Shown here: piece by piece, positions 30,250 to 38,793 of the stretch
Position numbering within the stretch: the stretch's first letter is position 1
Layout: each line of letters begins with the position of its first letter
From: a bacterium
Lineage (GTDB): Bacteria > Hinthialibacterota > Hinthialibacteria > Hinthialibacterales > Hinthialibacteraceae
Assembly: GCA_963662285.2 (NCBI GenBank)
Contig: CAXXMV010000001.1
Coordinates: 416,001 to 480,000 of the forward strand
Reading direction: 5' to 3'
Length of the DNA: 64,000 bases
Notes under the pieces: generated by a model
Seen by the model: the letters and a program-made list of their open reading frames with translations, nothing else
What the model was told of the DNA's origin: nothing
Databases searched by the model: none
Made by a program: the position numbers and the translations under genes

Positions 30250-30470
30250 TTTATCCCCCTACTGGATGGTATAAATATAATATTCGTTACCTCAACATAA
30301 CTTGTCAATAGCAAATAGATCAAAAACGCAACATTTCTGCACATCTTAGACATACGTATAAATAAGTTATAAAGATTCTTCTAAACCTCATATCAAAAAT
30401 CAGGTTCAAATAAAAAACCCCTATCTCCCAAGTTGGGGGATAGGGGGTTTTGGTTTTCGGGGGTGGTTTT
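30225..30470 (-). promoter_or_regulatory. Promoter/leader cassette copy 1 (hairpin, TTGACA, GGGGGA RBS, ATGAAACGTTCTATAACTCTAACC)
   Basis: Near-identical to 32586-32830 (same strand) and 38568-38793 (inverted). Confidence 0.8.
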
Positions 30471-30546
30471 TTGCATCCCGCCACAAAAGATAACATTGCA
30501 TCCCAATGCTTAGAGGTATAAAATACAGGTAAATGGAGATTTGGTT

Positions 30547-30786
30547 ATGCAAGTTATTATACCTCTTGATAAAATGACGGTGGCGGAGAAGCTTCAGGCT
30601 TTGGATGATATATGGAGCGACTTACAGAAGACGGCGGAAGAAGACATCCCTTCTCCCGCCTGGCACGCCAACGTGCTTAAATCACGGACAGACAGGGCGC
30701 AAGATGGAAAATCTAATTTTATTGACTGGCCTGATGCGCGGGCGCCAAGGGTAGTGTACTTTCTACCCTTGACGGACAACCTTTGA
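30547..30786 (+). pseudogene. Addiction-module antitoxin-like component (TIGR02574-like), C-terminus replaced by a repeat element
   Basis: MTVAEKLQALDDIWSDL...IPSPAWH..VL..R......G...FIDW pattern; sequence switches to the repeat at 30740 and no toxin gene follows. Confidence 0.7.
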
Positions 30787-30919
30787 GAAACGAAATCAAT
30801 CCAATTATCGTGACGATGATCTAAATCATGATTCTATCTTCAGCGTGAATCCTTAGTGAAAATTCTGGGAATCATAGGTGACTCAATCAAGGGCAGAAAA
30901 TACACTGCCCTTGGCGCCC
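30740..30919. mobile_element. REPIN/MITE-like element, copy 2 (180 bp)
   Basis: GGGCGCCAAGGGTAGTGTACTTTCTACCCTTG ... CAAGGGCAGAAAATACACTGCCCTTGGCGCCC inverted ends; core matches 26596-26794. Confidence 0.8.
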
Positions 30920-30949
30920 AAGCGTGACCCACACTACGTGACTATAGGA

Positions 30950-32461
30950 TCAATTGTATAATTCCCAATCGCCAATAGTAGATTTTTTTTCAACCAAATC
31001 AACTTTAACTTTGATTTGGGTTGTTCCTGGTCCTGTGAAATTAAATGGATCACCACTATCCCAAGCGCAATAATAATGATTTCGGGTTGTTGTATCAAAA
31101 GTCCAATTTTGGGGTATCATATTGTTGCTGCTTACGCCTTCTCCGGTAACTCCGATATATACTCCATTAAGCCATGCAATCGCAGCATCATCACCAGCGA
31201 TTTTAATGGTTAATTCTGTTATCGAGTCGTAATCTTTGACGTCAAAAATCGAACGGGTATAAATAGTTTCTACAGTTGGATCAAGTAGAATATCAATTTT
31301 TCCTTCTTCTGTTTCTGTACCATACCCTATTGGGAATCCAAGATTAGCATCATTGTTCCATTGGCTGTCATCAAAATTCCGTAGACGCCAACCATATTCT
31401 TCTTGGCCATTTCCATTCTCAAAAAATACGGCTTTCCACCGAAATTCCGTGTCAGGAATCCATGTTCCTATATTTCCATCAACATATACAGCGCCATTGT
31501 TATCAAGCAATTCAGCCGATCCCACCAGATCACTGCTAGTATTACTTACGTTATATATACCAACCGATAGCACATTCCCTGTTTGATACAAAGGCGCGGT
31601 AATCTTCGCCTTTGTATGTGAAAGCATCCACGCATAAATATCTCCATTTAATTTTCTGTGAATATCACCCCAAATAAAGTGACCACCACTTTCTAAAACC
31701 GTGAATTTGACGTTACCACCCAGTTCACGAAGTGCGTTAACTGTATTTTCATCATAAGACAAAGGTACGGTAGGATCATCCTTGCTATGGAAAGCCCAAA
31801 CGGGAATATCTACGAGTTTCTCGATGGCCGCAGGGGGAGTACCCTTGAGATCAGAACTCATAAGCGACGACTCACCAGCTCCACAGATTGGAACCATAGC
31901 GGCAAAAATATCTGAATGTACGCTGGCGTAACTCCACGTACCAAAACCTCCCATGCTTTGTCCGGTTATGTAAATGCGACTGCGATCAATATACAAATTA
32001 TTGAGCACTTCGTCTAATACCTCATCCAAATAAGGATTCCACCACCACTCACCCGGTCGACAAAAAGGAGAAATCAGGATAAAGGGAAAACCTTCTTCCC
32101 CAAAAAGAGATGTCGATAACGCTTCATCTTCAACAATCCCAGGGAGTAAGCCAGTAGCATTTCTCAGTACATCTGCATCATCCACTCCTGTTTCAACATA
32201 TCCATGAAGAAACATTAGCAGAGGCCACTTTTTATCTGTTTGCCCGTACTCTTTAGGTAAATATAGCAAATAATCATATTCAAATCCCGAACTCATCTTG
32301 ATTTGTTTACCGGCTTCTTGCGCATCACAGATAGTGCAAGGAAAGCATAAAAAGGTAAACAAGATAGTAAGAAGCCACATTCTATTATTAACGCTATTTT
32401 TCATTAATTGATTATCATTGAAGAGACGATACGAACATTTGAATAACAATTGATTATGCAT
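30950..32461 (-). CDS. Secreted esterase/predicted peptidase (COG4099-like alpha/beta hydrolase) with C-terminal beta-sandwich domain
   Basis: YLLYLPKEY, WPLLMFLHG, GQSMGGFGTW, PVWAFH..DD..VP, GH; C-terminal FDDSQW..GYG..DDAA..WLNG; true start may be one of the downstream Met codons. Confidence 0.85.
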   Translation of the reverse strand: MHNQLLFKCSYRLFNDNQLMKNSVNNRMWLLTILFTFLCFPCTICDAQEAGKQIKMSSGFEYDYLLYLPKEYGQTDKKWPLLMFLHGYVETGVDDADVLRNATGLLPGIVEDEALSTSLFGEEGFPFILISPFCRPGEWWWNPYLDEVLDEVLNNLYIDRSRIYITGQSMGGFGTWSYASVHSDIFAAMVPICGAGESSLMSSDLKGTPPAAIEKLVDIPVWAFHSKDDPTVPLSYDENTVNALRELGGNVKFTVLESGGHFIWGDIHRKLNGDIYAWMLSHTKAKITAPLYQTGNVLSVGIYNVSNTSSDLVGSAELLDNNGAVYVDGNIGTWIPDTEFRWKAVFFENGNGQEEYGWRLRNFDDSQWNNDANLGFPIGYGTETEEGKIDILLDPTVETIYTRSIFDVKDYDSITELTIKIAGDDAAIAWLNGVYIGVTGEGVSSNNMIPQNWTFDTTTRNHYYCAWDSGDPFNFTGPGTTQIKVKVDLVEKKSTIGDWELYN

Positions 32462-32511
32462 TTACATTACCTCTTTTATAGCATTATTTCACAACGATAC
32501 AATCATATATG

Positions 32512-32580
32512 GTAGACCACGCTTAACTAATCCACCGATAATCATTGATTTAGTGGATTATAAACGCGATCCCACTCTAC
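32512..32580. repeat. Inverted GTAG-REP doublet (REPIN-like)
   Basis: GTAGACCACGCTTAACTAATCCACC on plus and GTAGAGTGGGATCGCGTTTATAATCCACT on minus; both start GTAGA and carry TAATCCAC near the end. Confidence 0.55.
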
Positions 32581-32610
32581 AAGACTGGTTAGAGTTATAG
32601 AACGTTTCAT
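32542..32610 (-). pseudogene. Truncated third copy of the mosaic-protein gene start (MKRSITLT, then unrelated sequence and a stop after 22 aa)
   Basis: First 8 codons identical to the starts at 30249 and 38769; homology breaks at ~32586 next to the REP doublet. Confidence 0.8.
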
Positions 32611-32830
32611 TTTATCCCCCTACTGGATGATATAAATATAATATTCGCTCACCCCAACATAACTTGTCAATAGCAAATAGATCGAAAACGCAATATTCCT
32701 GAACATCTTAGACATACGTATAAATAAGTTTATAGATTGTTCTAAACCACTTGTTAAAAATCAGGTTCAAATAAAAATCCCCTATCCCACGAGTTGGGGG
32801 ATAGGGGGTTTTGGTTTTCGGGGGTGGTTC
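32586..32830 (-). promoter_or_regulatory. Promoter/leader cassette copy 2
   Basis: Direct repeat of 30225-30470. Confidence 0.8.
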
Positions 32831-32908
32831 TTTGGTGGACAGGAAACAGACTGCCCTTGGCGCCCGGCGTTCATGCCCGATATATCATTGGGTGGATTTT
32901 TGGGGAAT

Positions 32909-33925
32909 TTATTGTTGCATTTTTTGTTTCTGTTTTTCCTTCATGGATTGCATTAATTTTTGATACTCTTCCTTGGTGGCTGCTTCCATTGGAGGGAACC
33001 AATTTGGTCCGACTTCCAAAGTGGATGAACAGAGGACGTGATAATCGTATGGTTTGGCGTCAAGTTCGGGGAAATTGGCAATAGGCCGAATGTTGGTTTC
33101 CAGTTTTCCTCTGGCTAAAGAGAATAATAGCAGAAATTCCGGTTGGATTCTTGTCGAAGGCAGATGTCCCACGCATTTGAAGGTCCGGTCATTCTCAACT
33201 GAACCATATTGCCGCCACAAAAGTTCTCCATCCTTGCCGACAACCGCCGCGCCAACCGAGTACTGCAGTGCGGCGGAGGGCATGATGACTCCTTCGCGCG
33301 CTTTCAATTCTCCGGTTACCACGAAATATTTACCCTGAGGCGCATTGGGTTTTATCGGCTGCACCTGCGCCTTTTGGGGAGCATTTTGGTTAAATAAAGC
33401 CAGATCAATTACGCCATAAGAAACATTCTCGAACTCCAGGGGTTCAGGGTGAATCATAACCTGAGATGCGGCAACAGTTTGGCCGCCGGGAATAGAAAAT
33501 AGCATCATTTTATTGGGCGTGTATTCAACAAAAGGGAATAGTATTAATTGAGGATTATAAAAAGCTGTATCCTGAACCGGATTGCCTTCACTTGAGGCTG
33601 CCGGTTGTTTCTTGGCGTCGTTTTGCTCTTTGGTAGAATTGGTGATTGTTTGTTGATTGAGCAGTTTCTTGGCGGAGTCTAAATAGCGGAATGGTCCTTT
33701 ATACTCAGAACCGATTCTGACGAAAAAGCGTTCCTTGAACTCGAAGAAAATGACGCCGTCTTTTTGGGCTTTATAGACATCCTCTATGGTCTCGCATTTG
33801 ATTACATCACTTGCAGCCGCTTTGGATTGGGTTTGCGCCAGCGCCTTAATTGGCAATATCGCGTTTACCGGCAATAAAAAGATGAATGCCGCTGCTATAA
33901 ATAAAATTCGATTTGTTGAAAACAT
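32909..33925 (-). CDS. Secreted hypothetical protein
   Basis: 338-aa ORF with signal peptide and AGGAG RBS; no recognised domain. Confidence 0.75.
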   Translation of the reverse strand: MFSTNRILFIAAAFIFLLPVNAILPIKALAQTQSKAAASDVIKCETIEDVYKAQKDGVIFFEFKERFFVRIGSEYKGPFRYLDSAKKLLNQQTITNSTKEQNDAKKQPAASSEGNPVQDTAFYNPQLILFPFVEYTPNKMMLFSIPGGQTVAASQVMIHPEPLEFENVSYGVIDLALFNQNAPQKAQVQPIKPNAPQGKYFVVTGELKAREGVIMPSAALQYSVGAAVVGKDGELLWRQYGSVENDRTFKCVGHLPSTRIQPEFLLLFSLARGKLETNIRPIANFPELDAKPYDYHVLCSSTLEVGPNWFPPMEAATKEEYQKLMQSMKEKQKQKMQQ

Positions 33926-34124
33926 GAGTAGCGTACTCCTTTAGGATGAGAAAGAGTATTCGTTGAATACTCATGATCATTATTATTCATTTAGAGAATA
34001 TCACAAGCCGCTTTTGTTGACCATTATCGGGATTATGATTAATCAAGTCTCGCCTAAAGTATATTTTTCAATATAATCTGATAACATCAAAATTATATGA
34101 ATTCAAACCTGTCGGGATAAAACC

Positions 34125-35930
34125 ATGCAGCAGATTGGCAATGATGAACTCGAACAACGCAATATGGCTCTGATTCTGTCAATATATCCCCATTACGCCG
34201 ATCTGTTTAATTCCACTGCGGCGGCTGCTCAGTATCAAATCGAGCAGATCAGTAATAATACGTATACCTGCCAACTGAAAGATGAAAACGCTCAGACCCA
34301 ATGGCTGCATGGTCCACATGATCCCTGGCAGTGGGCGGAAGCGCAAATTAAACAATCCAACTGGGCGTCGCAGCGCACTTTCGCCATTCTGCGTCCCGGA
34401 CTGGGGTATATCCCTATAACTCTCTATCCCAATCTACGCAAAGGGCGCACCGCGCAACGCATGTTGCTGGTCGAAGACCGGATTGACCTGTTCCGCCTTT
34501 CGCTAAGATTATTCGATTGGACGGACATAATCCGCTCGGATCGCATCATTCTGGCATTAACCGACAAGCCGGTTGAAACTATGGTGCAGTTTTTTTCATC
34601 CAATCCAGTCGCCATTCTTCCGCCTCTATCAGTTCTGGGAGGCGTGATCTGGGGTGATGAGGAGCGCCGTTATATGGGGCTGCTGAAGGAACATCTGGGC
34701 GAAATGGCGCAGACGGTTAACCACGCCGCACGGCAATATCTCAACGAATTAAACGGTCATTATCTAGCTGTCGCCAACGATTCCGGGCATCGTAAACGGG
34801 TATTAATGGTGGAGCCGGAGCATGATTATCTGGCTAATCCTATCGCTAAAGCCTTTGAAGAAGAGGGTTGCGTTATCGAAATGTACAAGGGCAACCGTCG
34901 GCTGTTGCGCTTTCTGAATCCTTATGTCTGGTTGGTTTACGCCAGAGAGAATCTGCCTGACGTCCTGTTGTGGATGAATCGTAATACCCTTTCGCCTGAA
35001 GGGGCTGAAGATTTGGGGCAATTCCCCATAAAAAAGGTGCTGTGGTATCTGGATAGCCCGAAAAGAGTGAAAACTTCTAAGGAAGAACTGGACGCCACTG
35101 ACGCCTATTTCTCGTTTGACCGTTCATATCTGCCATATCTCAAAGACCTGTGCGGCAAAGAAGGCAGCCCTCTCTCCACCGCAACAGGTATAAGACCATT
35201 ACCCGAATGCGGGCCGGAACGAACATGGCCGGAACGGCAAGGCCCTGATGTTGGTTTTATGGGCGCTCTAGGCGCTGACCGTTTTCAGGATGTGCTGGCT
35301 TTCTGGCAGCGGCGCGATCCGCAGTTTGTGCAAATTCTGGATAGCATCATCGAAAATTACTTGAGCGATTCTTCTATATCTTTGGAAGAACGATATAACA
35401 ATTCTGAGGGAATCAGTCGGCTTCCGTTCAGTGGATTCGTAGTGCTTTATCTGGAAGAACGCTCTACTTACCTTCGGCGCCTGCGGTTTTTGCAGCCGCT
35501 TAAGGATTTGGGATTGGCCACCTATGGCGCCGCTGAATGGGGCGCCCCTGCATGGGCTGAGCAATTGGTTTCATGCTATTCAGGCGAGAAGCCCTCTTAT
35601 GAGACGGACCTGCCCCGCATCTATTATCATACTAAGATCAATATAAACGTGTTTCATGTTCAATGCGTCGATTCCACCAATCCACGGGTCTATGACGTGC
35701 TGGCGGCGGGGGGATTTTTGTTGACGGAATACCGCCCGGAAATCGAGCGCGAATTTATAATAGGCCAACACCTGGATTGCTTCCATTCACCGGATGAAGC
35801 GCGTGAAAAGGCGCAATACTACCTTGACAACCAACAGAAACGTGAAGAGATTGCCCGCGCCGGGCAGGAGTTCGTCCTCAATAACGCTACTTACCGCCAC
35901 CGGGTTAGGGCGCTGCTCGATAGTATTTAA
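34125..35930 (+). CDS. CgeB/Glyco_trans_1_2-type glycosyltransferase with N-terminal Maf-like extension
   Basis: C-terminal YYHTKININ...NPRVYDVLAAGGFLLT...F..G.HL..F...E......YYL....REEIARAG......TY.HR; N-terminal LHGPHDP..WAE, GLGY, E....LF like motility-accessory-factor proteins. Confidence 0.8.
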   Translation: MQQIGNDELEQRNMALILSIYPHYADLFNSTAAAAQYQIEQISNNTYTCQLKDENAQTQWLHGPHDPWQWAEAQIKQSNWASQRTFAILRPGLGYIPITLYPNLRKGRTAQRMLLVEDRIDLFRLSLRLFDWTDIIRSDRIILALTDKPVETMVQFFSSNPVAILPPLSVLGGVIWGDEERRYMGLLKEHLGEMAQTVNHAARQYLNELNGHYLAVANDSGHRKRVLMVEPEHDYLANPIAKAFEEEGCVIEMYKGNRRLLRFLNPYVWLVYARENLPDVLLWMNRNTLSPEGAEDLGQFPIKKVLWYLDSPKRVKTSKEELDATDAYFSFDRSYLPYLKDLCGKEGSPLSTATGIRPLPECGPERTWPERQGPDVGFMGALGADRFQDVLAFWQRRDPQFVQILDSIIENYLSDSSISLEERYNNSEGISRLPFSGFVVLYLEERSTYLRRLRFLQPLKDLGLATYGAAEWGAPAWAEQLVSCYSGEKPSYETDLPRIYYHTKININVFHVQCVDSTNPRVYDVLAAGGFLLTEYRPEIEREFIIGQHLDCFHSPDEAREKAQYYLDNQQKREEIARAGQEFVLNNATYRHRVRALLDSI

Positions 35931-36005
35931 TAAGAAAATGTATTACTCTAGAATGTCATATACATTAATGATGATTAGGTAAAAAGTAGATGAAAGACGA
36001 AACTC

Positions 36006-36680
36006 GTGCTATATCTTGTATATAAGTCTTATGAATATCCACTAATTATTGAGGTCATAAAAACAGATTTTGACTTTTACCGTTTCGTCTTTAATAATCA
36101 AACATGGAGATTTCTAAATCAAATGAAATCTATGATAATTCAACTTAAGACTTTCATGATTTCAACGCTATTGATTATGTGTACTGCGTGTATGGATAAT
36201 AATAACAATATTGATCCTAAGAATGATTCACTTCCTCCAGGCGCCCTCGGCGCTCTGCCTACCGTTACGTTTACGCTGGGAGGCGTTGAGGTGGAGATCG
36301 AGATTGCTTCTGCTCCGGCAGAGCAGACTCAGGGCTTGATGTACCGCACAGCAATGCCGGAAAATCATGGCATGCTCTTCGTTAACCGTGAAGCGCGTTA
36401 TCTCAGTTTCTGGATGAAAAACACCCGGCTCCCTCTTTCTATCGCTTATATCAGAGATGACCTGGTAATTGGTAATATTCTAAAGATGAAGCCTCAGATT
36501 GGTGAGTATGAACCGGCTGAGCGATATCATTCCAAGTATAAATCTTTGTATGCGCTGGAAATGAATCAAGGCTGGTTCGAGAAACACGGCGTCAAAGCGG
36601 GAGACCGGATCGATTTGCCTTTGAAGGATATAGAGCAGATTATTGCCAGAGCAGCGTTTGATAATACCAAACAAAAATAA
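36006..36680 (+). CDS. DUF192 family protein (probable lipoprotein; real start likely ~36123-36156)
   Basis: EIA....Q.QGLMYR..MPENHGMLF, FWMKNTRLPLSIAYI, YALEMNQGWF...GVK.GD. Confidence 0.88.
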   Translation: MLYLVYKSYEYPLIIEVIKTDFDFYRFVFNNQTWRFLNQMKSMIIQLKTFMISTLLIMCTACMDNNNNIDPKNDSLPPGALGALPTVTFTLGGVEVEIEIASAPAEQTQGLMYRTAMPENHGMLFVNREARYLSFWMKNTRLPLSIAYIRDDLVIGNILKMKPQIGEYEPAERYHSKYKSLYALEMNQGWFEKHGVKAGDRIDLPLKDIEQIIARAAFDNTKQK

Positions 36681-36723
36681 TCGAAAAAAATAAAACAGAC
36701 TGTCTTATACCGGAGGTTCAATC

Positions 36724-38538
36724 ATGAGGATGCGCATAATCGGGATAATTATACTTATCGGAGTGCTGGTCATGCCTGTCATGGCTCAGCAAAATATCAA
36801 TCCTGTGAAACGGCTCGAAGTTTCCGCACTTGCATTGCATGTCGATGGAACGACTCTTTTCGTCGGTGGATCGGATAAACTAAGGATTTACGATATCAGT
36901 GATGGCGGCAACCCAATACTGCTGGGTGATCTTGAGGTTTCAGCGGGCATCACGGGCATAGCGGTAACCGATGGAGTCGCTATTGTGGCGCTCGAACATC
37001 AAAACGAGCCTAACTTGCTGGTTGTGGATGTCAGTAATTTATCATCTCCCCGGCTTCTCTTTGAAAGACGCACCGATCAGGATCGTAAGATGTTATCAGC
37101 CGTGCGAAGCGTAGGACGGATAATATACCTGGGTTTGGATGATAAAGAGATTCAGGTGACGGAACTGGATCAAAACAATAACGTCAGCACCATCCTCAGC
37201 ATTCTGCCGGTTTCGGATGTTATCACTGACATGCGCATCAAGGGCGACCGGATGTACGTCTCGACCTGGTTCAGTATTTTAGTTGTCGATATCAGCGATC
37301 CGTCTAATATCCATCTGATCAGGGAAATTTTCACCGATGACGCCAATAACGGGATATCCATCGATGGCGATCTTCTGGCCTCGGCGGAAGGTTTTACCGG
37401 CATTACGTTTTACGATATTTCCAATCCTGACGACCCCCAGAAGATAACCACCAAAATGATTTACGCTGATAATGAAAACTGGCGCGTGGCTATTCGTAAA
37501 GAGTATTGTTATGTCGCGGTATTGAATAAGCCGTCGCAGAATATTTTTGATCTGCCTGATCCGGGTGGATTGCGCATCTATGATTATCAGTCGATGAGCA
37601 ATATCAAGCCCATATATACCAACGACGTCGAAACCAGCGGTATGGACGTCCTGGCTTATGATGGCTATGTGTATATCGCCGAAGACGCTACGCTGGGCGT
37701 TTTCCGTCATGGGCCATTAGGCGAGCGGGCTACTCCGACGCCTATCGTGCCGACCAACACCCCGACTCCGACATTCACCCATACGCCGACCAACACGCCG
37801 CCGCTGTTGATTCCACCGACTCCCACGCCGGTTCTGTCTCAGCCGACTCCCACGCCGACCAAAACATTCACGCCATTGCCAGCCGCGCCGACCCCGACTA
37901 ATACGGCTATTGCGGTTCAGCCGACGGCGACCAATACTCCACAGGCGGCGCAGCCTACGCCGACGCCTCAAACATCGACTGGCGATCTTCCGGCAGCGAT
38001 CTTCACCTCTGATTTTGATGGTCCGCTATTAGGCAATGAGCAATTCGCGGCGCAGCTGCCTTTTGCTGGAGCATTCACTCTGGCCGCGCATTCCATCGGC
38101 GCCATCCCCACCGATAACGCATTCGCTGGCGCCACTAATGGGCGGGGGCTTATGGTTACGCTCAACGCGGGCGACGCCGTCATGCTGATGGGGCCTTTCC
38201 TTACGCTTGACCCCGGAGTTCCGGCTTTGATCCGCGTCAGCGCCAGAAGCACTGGAGCGGGCGCCGCCGTTGCTCTGGCCGCGTTGGATGGATCGTTCGA
38301 CGGCTCGCAGGCCACCAATATCCCGGCCAACAGCCAGGTTTTCGCTGGAGCGTATAAGCGCTTCGTTCTACTCTATAAGCCGCCCACTAATTCAATTATC
38401 CCCATTCTGCAAGTCGCAGGCGGCGCGGCGATCACCGATCCAGTAACGGTCTATTTTGATAACCTAGAAATAATCCCCCTCCCGCCGGGAACCTCAATCC
38501 CCGCCGAAGCCCTGGGCGCAGGAGGCCTGGCGCCGTGA
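36724..38538 (+). CDS. Secreted LVIVD-repeat beta-propeller protein with PT-rich linker and conserved C-terminal domain
   Basis: Repeats LRIYDISD, LLVVDVSN, ILVVDISDP, ITFYDISNP; Pro/Thr linker; C-terminal domain resembles the core of mosaic proteins A and B. Confidence 0.85.
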   Translation: MRMRIIGIIILIGVLVMPVMAQQNINPVKRLEVSALALHVDGTTLFVGGSDKLRIYDISDGGNPILLGDLEVSAGITGIAVTDGVAIVALEHQNEPNLLVVDVSNLSSPRLLFERRTDQDRKMLSAVRSVGRIIYLGLDDKEIQVTELDQNNNVSTILSILPVSDVITDMRIKGDRMYVSTWFSILVVDISDPSNIHLIREIFTDDANNGISIDGDLLASAEGFTGITFYDISNPDDPQKITTKMIYADNENWRVAIRKEYCYVAVLNKPSQNIFDLPDPGGLRIYDYQSMSNIKPIYTNDVETSGMDVLAYDGYVYIAEDATLGVFRHGPLGERATPTPIVPTNTPTPTFTHTPTNTPPLLIPPTPTPVLSQPTPTPTKTFTPLPAAPTPTNTAIAVQPTATNTPQAAQPTPTPQTSTGDLPAAIFTSDFDGPLLGNEQFAAQLPFAGAFTLAAHSIGAIPTDNAFAGATNGRGLMVTLNAGDAVMLMGPFLTLDPGVPALIRVSARSTGAGAAVALAALDGSFDGSQATNIPANSQVFAGAYKRFVLLYKPPTNSIIPILQVAGGAAITDPVTVYFDNLEIIPLPPGTSIPAEALGAGGLAP

Positions 38539-38567
38539 TGTGATAGAAGTATTACCCTCTAATACAT

Positions 38568-38793
38568 GAATCCCCTATCCCCCAACTCGTGGGATAGGGG
38601 ATTTTTATTTGAATCCAATTTTTGACATGAGGTTTATAAGAATCCAATTAACTTATTTATACGTTTGTCAAAGATATGCAGGAATGTTGCGTTTTTGATC
38701 TATTTGCTATTGACAAGTTATGTTGAGGTAACGAATATTATATTTATACCATCCAGCAGGGGGATAAAATGAAACGTTCTATAACTCTAACCA
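38568..38793 (+). promoter_or_regulatory. Promoter/leader cassette copy 3 (hairpin ~38570-38602, TTGACA 38710-38715, RBS)
   Basis: Inverted copy of 30225-30450 and 32586-32810. Confidence 0.8.
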
